A stretch of DNA of 27,989 nucleotides from IMG/VR virus record IMGVR_UViG_3300035212_000658, positions 1-27,989 of that record. One strand, 5' to 3'. The notes below the pieces were generated by a model that searched no databases, had not been told where the DNA came from, and saw only the letters and a program-made list of their open reading frames with translations. Every line of letters starts with the position of its first letter. Position 1 is the first letter of the stretch. Made by a program: the position numbers and the translations under genes. Shown here piece by piece: positions 1-6,143 of the stretch. The stretch is from a virus. Lineage: Duplodnaviria; Caudoviricetes.

Positions 1-2
1 AA

Positions 3-125
3 ACACGTCAACTGCACCGAGAATGCGAAGAAGGGCGCAAAGGGTTAGAAGTGAAAGTTGACGGCCTTCGGAACGAAATGATACGAATGGAGACGATTAT
101 TAGGAAACACATTAAAGCAGACTAA
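3..125 (+). CDS. 3' end of a hypothetical protein (partial, ...NEMIRMETIIRKHIKAD*)
   Basis: Frame 3 is open from the window edge to TAA 123-125, which overlaps the next ATG (TAATG). Confidence 0.6.
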   Translation, partial: TRQLHRECEEGRKGLEVKVDGLRNEMIRMETIIRKHIKAD

Positions 126-238
126 TGGCTAAAATCATCGTAGGGGGCAAATTCAAGCCCCGTGTTAAGCGCAAATTGAGAAGGCATAGTAAGTATCGGG
201 CGAAGGGATTTAAGGCGTACAGGGGGCAAGGAAGATAA
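125..238 (+). CDS. 37-aa very basic peptide ending YRGQGR (phage small basic protein)
   Basis: Manual translation gives MAKIIVGGKFKPRVKRKLRRHSKYRAKGFKAYRGQGR. It is TAATG-coupled to the upstream ORF. The C-terminal YRGQG motif is recalled from small phage proteins. Too short for the ORF track. Confidence 0.75.
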   Translation: MAKIIVGGKFKPRVKRKLRRHSKYRAKGFKAYRGQGR

Positions 239-241
239 TAC

Positions 242-249
242 TATATTTG
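242..249 (+). promoter_or_regulatory. Bacteroidota -7 promoter box (TATATTTG)
   Basis: Matches TAnnTTTG and lies 4 nt before ATG 254. Confidence 0.6.
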
Positions 250-253
250 TCGC

Positions 254-1261
254 ATGGCATTATCGGGCGAAGTCGTAAAGGAAGCATTAGCCAAATGGCC
301 TGACTTGCCATCGCTTACATTAGCCCGTAAGTTGCATGAAGATAACCCCGAAGTATTTACAAGCGTTGGGGCTGCAAGGTGTTCAATTCGCTACTATCGC
401 GGCACACATGGCAAAGTAAGCAGAAAGCAAAGGAAACTCGAAAAACCACAACCAGCAATGCAAGCAACCGCAATGGGAATACCGAATCCTTTCTACTTAC
501 CCGAAAGCGATGAAGTAGAATGGGAACCGTACATCATACCGCCATCGGTAACGCGGTTACTTATCCTTTCAGATATACACATCCCATACCACAACGTTAA
601 CGCGATTACGTTAGCCCTTCAATACGGCAAGGATAGGAACGTGAACGGCATAATGTTAAACGGGGATATTCTCGATTTTTACGGGCTGTCTACATTTGAG
701 AAAGACCCAAGAAAAAGACGGTTTTCTGCAGAGTTAGAAATGGGTAGGCAGTTCCTTTCAATACTCCGTAAAGAGTTTGACGGTGTGCCAATCTATTACA
801 AGCTTGGCAACCATGAGGAAAGATACGAACGCTATTTGCGAATCAAAGCGCCCGAACTTTTGGACGTTGCCGAATTTAGGATGGACGTTCTTTTGAAGTT
901 TGGCGAAATTGGAGTTGAGTTAATAGACGACAAACGCATTATCAAATTTGGCAATTTAAACATTATGCACGGCCACGAATTTGGCAAGTCGGTATTTAGC
1001 CCTGTTAACCCAGCACGTGGGCTATACATGAGGGGCAAAGAGAATTGCATAGCTGGGCATAATCACCAAACAAGCAGCCACGTTGAACCAAGCATGAACG
1101 GCTATGTGGTCAACACGTGGTCTACAGGATGCCTTTGTGAGCTGCACCCTTCCTATATGCCCATCAACAAATGGAATCTTGGATTTGCCTATGCCGAACG
1201 CGAACAAGATAACGGGTTTACAGTTCACAATCATACCATCATTAAGGGCAAAATTCGATGA
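254..1261 (+). CDS. Calcineurin-like metallophosphoesterase with N-terminal extension
   Basis: Motifs SDIH, GDILD, GNHE, HGH and GHNH occur in canonical order. Confidence 0.9.
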   Translation: MALSGEVVKEALAKWPDLPSLTLARKLHEDNPEVFTSVGAARCSIRYYRGTHGKVSRKQRKLEKPQPAMQATAMGIPNPFYLPESDEVEWEPYIIPPSVTRLLILSDIHIPYHNVNAITLALQYGKDRNVNGIMLNGDILDFYGLSTFEKDPRKRRFSAELEMGRQFLSILRKEFDGVPIYYKLGNHEERYERYLRIKAPELLDVAEFRMDVLLKFGEIGVELIDDKRIIKFGNLNIMHGHEFGKSVFSPVNPARGLYMRGKENCIAGHNHQTSSHVEPSMNGYVVNTWSTGCLCELHPSYMPINKWNLGFAYAEREQDNGFTVHNHTIIKGKIR

Positions 1262-1458
1262 GCCTACGCTTTGAGCAGCAAGCATCTTTGCTAATCACAC
1301 GGGAGTTTTTGCTCGACCTACTGAATACCAGCACACGACCAAAGACCGTTAAGGACTTAAAGGAACGGGCGCGAAGGTGTCTAAGGCACTACCCACCATT
1401 GGATGTGGATGGCAGTCCTATCTTTTCCAGGGACGGATTTGGGCGCGATGCGAAATAA
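1258..1458 (+). CDS. Small conserved phage protein (BPSL0761-like)
   Basis: The TREFLLDL...RARRCLRHYP pattern resembles that family from recall. ATGA overlap with the upstream gene. Confidence 0.6.
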   Translation: MSLRFEQQASLLITREFLLDLLNTSTRPKTVKDLKERARRCLRHYPPLDVDGSPIFSRDGFGRDAK

Positions 1459-1467
1459 ATAGGCGCG

Positions 1468-1688
1468 AAGTCAGGGTATAGGCTTACTTTTTAGCGGTAA
1501 AAGTCAACTTATAGGCTTACTTTTTAGGTTGCAAATTGAAACCCTTTCAAATGTCCGCTAATTTCGGACGGTTAATCATACCTTAACGGGTATACAAGCG
1601 GCTAATGTAGCGGATTTCATGCGGTTTATGACGTTATCGGGTATAAATATGCGTTCATTATTTATGCGTGTTCATATTTTGTGAACGC
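1468..1688. repeat. Cluster of short imperfect palindromes, including a direct repeat AAGTCAnnnTATAGGCTTACTTTTTAG (x2)
   Basis: Repeat copies start at 1468 and 1501. Inverted repeats at 1527-1543, 1536-1550, 1553-1569, 1578-1593, about 1625-1647 and 1666-1688. Confidence 0.75.
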
Positions 1689-1692
1689 TTAG

Positions 1693-1700
1693 TATATTTG
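1693..1700 (+). promoter_or_regulatory. -7 promoter box for small RNA 1 (TATATTTG)
   Basis: TAnnTTTG directly upstream of a structured non-coding unit. Confidence 0.65.
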
Positions 1701-1704
1701 TGGC

Positions 1705-1806
1705 AACAGTACCCGAACGCATACCGTCAGAACTGCGTACCAGTCATGGGTCGTTTACTTAGCCCGTTGTAAGGTTTGTGGTTATCCTTGCAACGGGTTT
1801 CTTTTT
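1705..1806 (+). ncRNA. Putative small RNA 1 (bulged hairpin plus 14-bp terminator hairpin)
   Basis: Stems ACCC/GGGT (1711-14/1748-51), ACGCA/TGCGT (1717-21/1734-38) and AGCCCGTTGTAAGG/CCTTGCAACGGGTT (1761-74/1786-99), then a T-run. Ends are approximate. Confidence 0.7.
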
Positions 1807-1813
1807 ATCTTTG
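1806..1813 (+). promoter_or_regulatory. -7 promoter box for small RNA 2 (TATCTTTG)
   Basis: TAnnTTTG at the same distance from the second unit as in unit 1. Confidence 0.6.
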
Positions 1814-1817
1814 CGCC

Positions 1818-1911
1818 AATCAAACCCGACACGCCTCTGACCTAAGCGCACTTTGTCGGGTCGTTTCAGCCAGTCGTAAGGTTTGTGGTTATCCTTGCGG
1901 CTGGCTTTGTT
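1818..1911 (+). ncRNA. Putative small RNA 2 (paralog of small RNA 1)
   Basis: Stems ACCCGACA/TGTCGGGT (1824-31/1854-61), CGC/GCG and AGCCAGTCGTAAGG/CCTTGCGGCTGGCT (1868-81/1893-1906). The 23-nt GTAAGGTTTGTGGTTATCCTTGC is identical to unit 1, with compensatory changes in the outer stem. Confidence 0.7.
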
Positions 1912-2036
1912 AATTCCTTAAACCGAGTTTGTTAATTCATAGCAAGTCAAACCGCGCTATACTTCAACTACTTAGCCCTGTTCCTGTTAATTGTTCAAAG
2001 CGCACCAGTTAGGTAGTGTACTGCACCACCTCCGTT

Positions 2037-2107
2037 ATTTAGAATCATTCTAAATTAGATTTATTTTTCATTGCTTTGTTGTAGTAACGAAATTACGTGT
2101 ATATTTG
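2037..2107 (+). promoter_or_regulatory. Early promoter A with Fur-box-like palindrome
   Basis: ATTTAGAATCATTCTAAAT at 2037-2055 is a perfect 9-1-9 palindrome. TTG at 2079-81 and TATATTTG at 2100-2107. Confidence 0.7.
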
Positions 2108-2129
2108 TCGCACATTAAAACCAAACCAC

Positions 2130-2384
2130 ATGACCTACTCACTCCAACAACTTGAGAACGCTATTCACGTAGCTAATTTCAAAAAAAATGACGACTGGCA
2201 AATAATCGTATCAGGCTCGGACATTTTGCACGCCAAATGTTCCGCTATCATTAAAGTCAGCAGCGTTCAGCTTGGCACGTTAGCCCGCGCAATGCAAGTC
2301 AACTGCGAAGAAAACGATGGCGTTTACTCGCTAACCTTTGAACATAACACAAACCAAGTAATCTTTCAAACCATAATCTTATGA
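2130..2384 (+). CDS. Hypothetical protein (84 aa; start re-assigned to ATG 2130)
   Basis: The track start at 2097 overlaps the promoter. ATG 2130 follows the leader AAAACCAAACCAC. Confidence 0.7.
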   Translation: MTYSLQQLENAIHVANFKKNDDWQIIVSGSDILHAKCSAIIKVSSVQLGTLARAMQVNCEENDGVYSLTFEHNTNQVIFQTIIL

Positions 2385-2914
2385 AAACCAGCGAATCAAT
2401 TAAAGAAATAGCCGTTGCCCTACACAAGTTTCACGGCCTAATGGGTAAGGTTGGAAAGGATGCCGTTAACCCACACTTCAAGAACAAGTACGCATCTTTG
2501 AGCAATATCATAGAAGCCACCACACCACACTTAAACGCGGTCGGGCTATCTGTTATTCAGTTACCTACAGAAAGCGGCTTAGAAACAATGCTAATGCACA
2601 CATCGGGCGAATACATTAGTAGCGTATCACTAACGCCATGTAAAGATGCAAGCAATCCACAGGCATTGGGGTCGGCTTTGACATACGCTAAACGTTACGC
2701 ATACGCTGGGCTATTGAATCTAAACATAGACGAAGACGATGATGCGCAAAGGGCAACGGTAGCACCAATCAAAGTGAAGCCCGAATTAACGCCATCGCAC
2801 CCAAAGTGGGAAGCCGCAAAGAAAGCCGTAAGCGAAGGCAGCACCACCGTAGCCGATATTGAAAAAGCCTATACACTAACCGCAGCGAACGCTGAATTAC
2901 TTACATCGAAATGA
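2381..2914 (+). CDS. erf: ERF-family single-strand annealing recombinase
   Basis: NPHFKNKYASL and GSALTYAKRY...DEDDDA signature motifs. Confidence 0.9.
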   Translation: MKTSESIKEIAVALHKFHGLMGKVGKDAVNPHFKNKYASLSNIIEATTPHLNAVGLSVIQLPTESGLETMLMHTSGEYISSVSLTPCKDASNPQALGSALTYAKRYAYAGLLNLNIDEDDDAQRATVAPIKVKPELTPSHPKWEAAKKAVSEGSTTVADIEKAYTLTAANAELLTSK

Positions 2915-3399
2915 GCAAATCACTTTACCACATCGAACAGGAATATCTTGACCTTGCAAACCAACTGGAGCAAGGCGAACTAACAGCGGAATTAGAAACC
3001 GCTTTGGCCATTAACCAATCGGAGCTGCAAGGTAAGGCCATAGCCTATGCCTACGTTATTAAAGATGCGCTTGCAACCGTAGACATTATAGATGCGGAGA
3101 TAACCCGTCTAATGGCACGTAAGAAAGCGGAGCAAGCCAAATCCGAAAAGCTAAAGGAAACGATAAGCAACGCCATGCAGTTCTACGGGATTACGGAGGT
3201 CAAGAGCGAATTGGTTAAACTATCCTTTCGCAAGTCAAAACAGACCGTTGGAAGTAGCGAAGGACTGGACAAAGAATTTCTAACTGTGAAGCCCGAAAGT
3301 TACAGCCCGAATCTAACCGCCATCAAAGCGGCTATTGAGGAAGGGCGCGAAGTCAAAGGGTATCAAGTTTTGGAGAAACTTAGTTTGCAAATCAAATGA
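2911..3399 (+). CDS. Siphovirus Gp157-family protein
   Basis: SLYHIEQEY N-terminus, a coiled coil, LSFRKS and PNLTAIKAAIEEGREVKG. Adjacent to ERF. Confidence 0.85.
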   Translation: MSKSLYHIEQEYLDLANQLEQGELTAELETALAINQSELQGKAIAYAYVIKDALATVDIIDAEITRLMARKKAEQAKSEKLKETISNAMQFYGITEVKSELVKLSFRKSKQTVGSSEGLDKEFLTVKPESYSPNLTAIKAAIEEGREVKGYQVLEKLSLQIK

Positions 3400-3527
3400 G
3401 TTACTCAACAGAAACCGTAGGCCGTCCATTTCCTCGTCAATGGATTATTGGCAAGAAATTAGTAGACGAGCAATTTGAAACGAAAAAAATAGTAAATTCG
3501 CAAAAACAAAACAAACCATGCAAGTAG
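3396..3527 (+). CDS. Possible 43-aa hypothetical protein
   Basis: ATGA-coupled ORF MSYSTETVGRPFPRQWII... fills the gap between genes. No recognisable motif. Confidence 0.3.
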   Translation: MSYSTETVGRPFPRQWIIGKKLVDEQFETKKIVNSQKQNKPCK

Positions 3528-3865
3528 AAGGTAAAGTGGCTCACATCGGGCAAACAGAAACAGTAGGAGCAAACGGATTCACCAAGCGGCTATTAGTGGT
3601 CGACACTGGTGCGCAATACGATGCACTAACTCCAATCGAATTTAAGAAAGATAAGGTTGCCTTATTGGACAACTTAAAGGTTGGGCAAACCGTCAAAGTA
3701 TCAATCAATCTTGGCGGTCGAGAATATAGCGGCAAGTACTACCCAAGCATTACGGGTTGGAAGATTGACACAATAGCCGCTACGCTTTCTAGGGTTGCAA
3801 GTACTCCGATGGCAACGCAAGCACCCGTATATGTGGATGACTTAACCGATGAATTACCTTTCTAA
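3518..3865 (+). CDS. DUF3127-type OB-fold single-stranded DNA-binding protein
   Basis: MQVEGKV...GFTKRLLVV...INLGGREY..KYYPSITGWKI, with an acidic SSB-like tail DELPF. Confidence 0.85.
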   Translation: MQVEGKVAHIGQTETVGANGFTKRLLVVDTGAQYDALTPIEFKKDKVALLDNLKVGQTVKVSINLGGREYSGKYYPSITGWKIDTIAATLSRVASTPMATQAPVYVDDLTDELPF

Positions 3866-4272
3866 TGCCAGTACTATCCAACAAAAGCCGCGAACGGCTT
3901 GTAGGAATTAAACCCGTGTTAATCGAGATTATTGAACGGGCGATAATTGACACGCCAATAGACTTCGGCATTCCTCCTGACGGGGGATTGCGTACTGCCT
4001 ACCGTCAAAACCAACTATACGCTAAAGGTCGCACCGAAGCTGGTCAAATCATTACATGGGTTGACGGGATGAAGAAACGCTCACGCCACCAAGACGGAGA
4101 TGCCTTTGACATTTACGCATTTGTAGATGGCAAGGCAAGTTGGGATCCTAAACATTACGAACCAATAGCCCGACATTTACAAGGAATTGCGTGGGTGGAA
4201 TTTGGCGTGGTACTGGAGTGGGGCGGTGATTGGACTAAGCGCGATTTACCACATTTCGAAATCAAGAAATGA
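3865..4272 (+). CDS. Endolysin, peptidase M15 (L-Ala-D-Glu peptidase-like)
   Basis: GLRT..RQNQLYAKGRT, SRHQDGDAFD and WGGDW..RDLPHFE zinc-binding motifs. Confidence 0.9.
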   Translation: MPVLSNKSRERLVGIKPVLIEIIERAIIDTPIDFGIPPDGGLRTAYRQNQLYAKGRTEAGQIITWVDGMKKRSRHQDGDAFDIYAFVDGKASWDPKHYEPIARHLQGIAWVEFGVVLEWGGDWTKRDLPHFEIKK

Positions 4273-4571
4273 CACCCGAACGATATTTTACACTCGCCTT
4301 AATCATTGCGGTGGCCATCCTTAGTTGGATTGCATTCGGTAACCCATCGAATGAAGTGCCAGCAATAGACCCCGAAACGTACAGGATAGAAGAACGGCAA
4401 CGGATTAGGGATTTGGAGGTAATACCAGCGCAGATGGCGTTGGATAGCGTGGTGAAATTGTTGGAGTTAAAGCCGACCATTCGCTACGTTAGGGCGAAGA
4501 AACAAACGGAACAACGAGCGGAATTGAGTGATAGTTTGCAGGCGGTTCTACTCCTTAACAGATTGAAATGA
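4269..4571 (+). CDS. Membrane-anchored protein, possible lysis accessory
   Basis: N-terminal hydrophobic helix followed by a helical soluble part. Coupled to the endolysin. Confidence 0.55.
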   Translation: MTPERYFTLALIIAVAILSWIAFGNPSNEVPAIDPETYRIEERQRIRDLEVIPAQMALDSVVKLLELKPTIRYVRAKKQTEQRAELSDSLQAVLLLNRLK

Positions 4572-4936
4572 AAACCCTTATACTCCTATTCATACCCTTC
4601 GCATCCATTGCCCAAGTTCACTTAAACGCTACACAAGTGCGCTTGGTCAACACGCTACTGGATGAACGGGAGCAGCTAATCGAAGCCAGCACAGAGGTGC
4701 AAGAGTGGCGTGATGTATACTATGAATGCGACCGATTAAGCGCGATTCAGGATAGCAGCATAGTGGAATTGAAACTACTCGCAGAACTTCACACTAAACG
4801 GTCGGCAGCCTTTGAGAAGCTAAACGCAAAGGAACGAGTTAAGTCACAAAGACGGGCGCGGACGGCTTGGATACTGGGCGCGGTCGTGGTAATTGAAACG
4901 GTCATCATTACCGTAGTAGCCGCAACCTTTCGCTAA
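4568..4936 (+). CDS. Signal peptide, coiled coil and C-terminal TM protein; possible lysis accessory
   Basis: MKTLILLFIPFASIA signal-like start and C-terminal WILGAVVVIETVIITVVAATF. Confidence 0.55.
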   Translation: MKTLILLFIPFASIAQVHLNATQVRLVNTLLDEREQLIEASTEVQEWRDVYYECDRLSAIQDSSIVELKLLAELHTKRSAAFEKLNAKERVKSQRRARTAWILGAVVVIETVIITVVAATFR

Positions 4937-4940
4937 CCTT

Positions 4941-4999
4941 ATTTAGAATCGTTCTAAATTACGTTTGGCGTTGTGGTAACGAATAAAAGTATATATTTG
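4941..4999 (+). promoter_or_regulatory. Early promoter B with Fur-box-like palindrome
   Basis: ATTTAGAATCGTTCTAAAT at 4941-4959, TTG at 4971-73 and TATATTTG at 4992-4999. Shares TTGTRGTAACGAA and GCACATTAAA with promoter A. Confidence 0.7.
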
Positions 5000-5021
5000 C
5001 AGCACATTAAACCACATCAAA

Positions 5022-5213
5022 ATGAGAACATCACACGTCCTTTCGCTACTTCGTTCGGGTAGTTATTCCAAGCAATCAATTGCGTTGCTTGTAGGTCAGC
5101 AAATGGGTCGCAAATGGAGTATATCAGTTATTGAATCCGACCTTAAATACCTAAAGAAAATCTACCACGTTGAACAGGATGGTAATTTGTACACGATAAT
5201 TAACCAAGACTAA
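5022..5213 (+). CDS. Small putative winged-helix DNA-binding protein
   Basis: 63 aa with a helix-helix-helix-hairpin-like pattern (SKQSIALLVG...SISVIESDLKYL...VEQDGNLYTI). First gene after promoter B. Confidence 0.5.
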   Translation: MRTSHVLSLLRSGSYSKQSIALLVGQQMGRKWSISVIESDLKYLKKIYHVEQDGNLYTIINQD

Positions 5214-5225
5214 AACCAAACCACA

Positions 5226-5555
5226 ATGGAAACCAAAATGAAAGATTGCCCTGATTGCGAAGAAGGAAAGTATTATGTTGATACAAGCAGACAATGTACT
5301 AAGACCCCGTGGCAAGAATGCTGCGGAGGTTGCGGCTACGAGGTAACGTGCGAAACTTGCAACGGCACGGGTGAAATTGAAGATGAAGATGACATATTCA
5401 GCGTTGGTAACAAGTTCAAGTACTTAGGGCTGGATGCAATAGTGACCAATGTAGAATTTAGTATATACAGCGGCATCACATACACAATCCTTGTGGAATG
5501 CAGCGGTGTTGAATTAAAAGTAAATGCATTAAGTGAAACCCTTAAAAACCGCTAA
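5226..5555 (+). CDS. Cys-rich zinc-finger protein (DnaJ-like CxxCxGxG repeats)
   Basis: CPDCEEG, ECCGGC and CETCNGTG. Confidence 0.65.
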   Translation: METKMKDCPDCEEGKYYVDTSRQCTKTPWQECCGGCGYEVTCETCNGTGEIEDEDDIFSVGNKFKYLGLDAIVTNVEFSIYSGITYTILVECSGVELKVNALSETLKNR

Positions 5556-5557
5556 TT

Positions 5558-5767
5558 ATGACATTCGAGAAAACAGTACAAGTCTGGGGCATCACGTTAC
5601 AGGTGCAAGGCAATTATGAAAGCGAGAAAGCAACACGCGACACACCGTCATACTTTGAGTGCGAAGTTTACAGCGTACATTCGGAGGACGGCCAAGATAT
5701 AACCGACATCGTTTCAGATAGGGCTATGTCGATAATTGAAAACCGATTAGCCGAAATACTGCCATGA
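5558..5767 (+). CDS. Hypothetical acidic protein
   Basis: 69-aa ORF in a tightly packed run. Confidence 0.65.
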   Translation: MTFEKTVQVWGITLQVQGNYESEKATRDTPSYFECEVYSVHSEDGQDITDIVSDRAMSIIENRLAEILP

Positions 5768-5922
5768 GGTCGCTATTCCTAACTTATTACCTTGCTTGCC
5801 TTCTATGCCCAATAATAGCATACGAGCCGCACGTATGCAAGGAAACGCATGAGATACCAATGCACGTTAAATTGTTCACCGTTGGGCAGCAAAGAATGTT
5901 CTATAACGACATAATGAAATGA
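5764..5922 (+). CDS. Hypothetical 52-aa protein with hydrophobic N-terminus
   Basis: Manual translation MRSLFLTYYLACLLCPIIAYEPHVCKE..., with ATGA overlap. Confidence 0.5.
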   Translation: MRSLFLTYYLACLLCPIIAYEPHVCKETHEIPMHVKLFTVGQQRMFYNDIMK

Positions 5923-5944
5923 CTCAAACCGAACGATTGAAAGA

Positions 5945-5972
5945 AGCCCTTGCATTTAGTTGTGAGGGCTTG
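5945..5972. terminator. Hairpin AAGCCCT...AGGGCTT, possible terminator or processing site
   Basis: 7-bp inverted repeat at the end of the gene run. No strong T-tract. Confidence 0.35.
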
Positions 5973-5992
5973 CATAATTGAAAACTATTTAC

Positions 5993-6000
5993 TACATTTG
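5993..6000 (+). promoter_or_regulatory. -7 promoter box (TACATTTG) for the replication operon
   Basis: TAnnTTTG followed by a 143-nt untranslated leader. Confidence 0.65.
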
Positions 6001-6004
6001 CACC

Positions 6005-6128
6005 GTTCGGAGTTAGACGCCCGAATGTAAAACGATATGATTCACACATTAAACATCTTGCAAGGGTAAAAACATTACGGGCGGCCATGTCGCGTCTGTA
6101 ATTACTGTGCGTCTACACAGCCCTTGCA
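6005..6128 (+). ncRNA. Structured 5' leader RNA of the primase gene
   Basis: Hairpin at 6005-6026 and a multi-stem domain closed by TGCAAGGG/CCCTTGCA. Loop complementarity TAGACGC/GCGTCTA. Confidence 0.6.
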
Positions 6129-6143
6129 TCTTTGTTATCTCAA

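Noticed and set aside
1769-1898. 23-nt identical repeat read as a mini CRISPR array
   Set aside because: Only two copies about 107 bp apart. The intervening sequence is itself structured and paralogous, and no cas genes are present.
1705-1911. tRNA or hammerhead ribozyme interpretation of the small RNA units
   Set aside because: No cloverleaf, T-loop GTTCRA or CCA end, and no CUGANGA...GAAA core.
2037-2055. Palindrome as a dif/att recombination site
   Set aside because: It lacks the 11-6-11 XerC/XerD layout, both copies sit at promoters, and no recombinase gene is in the window.
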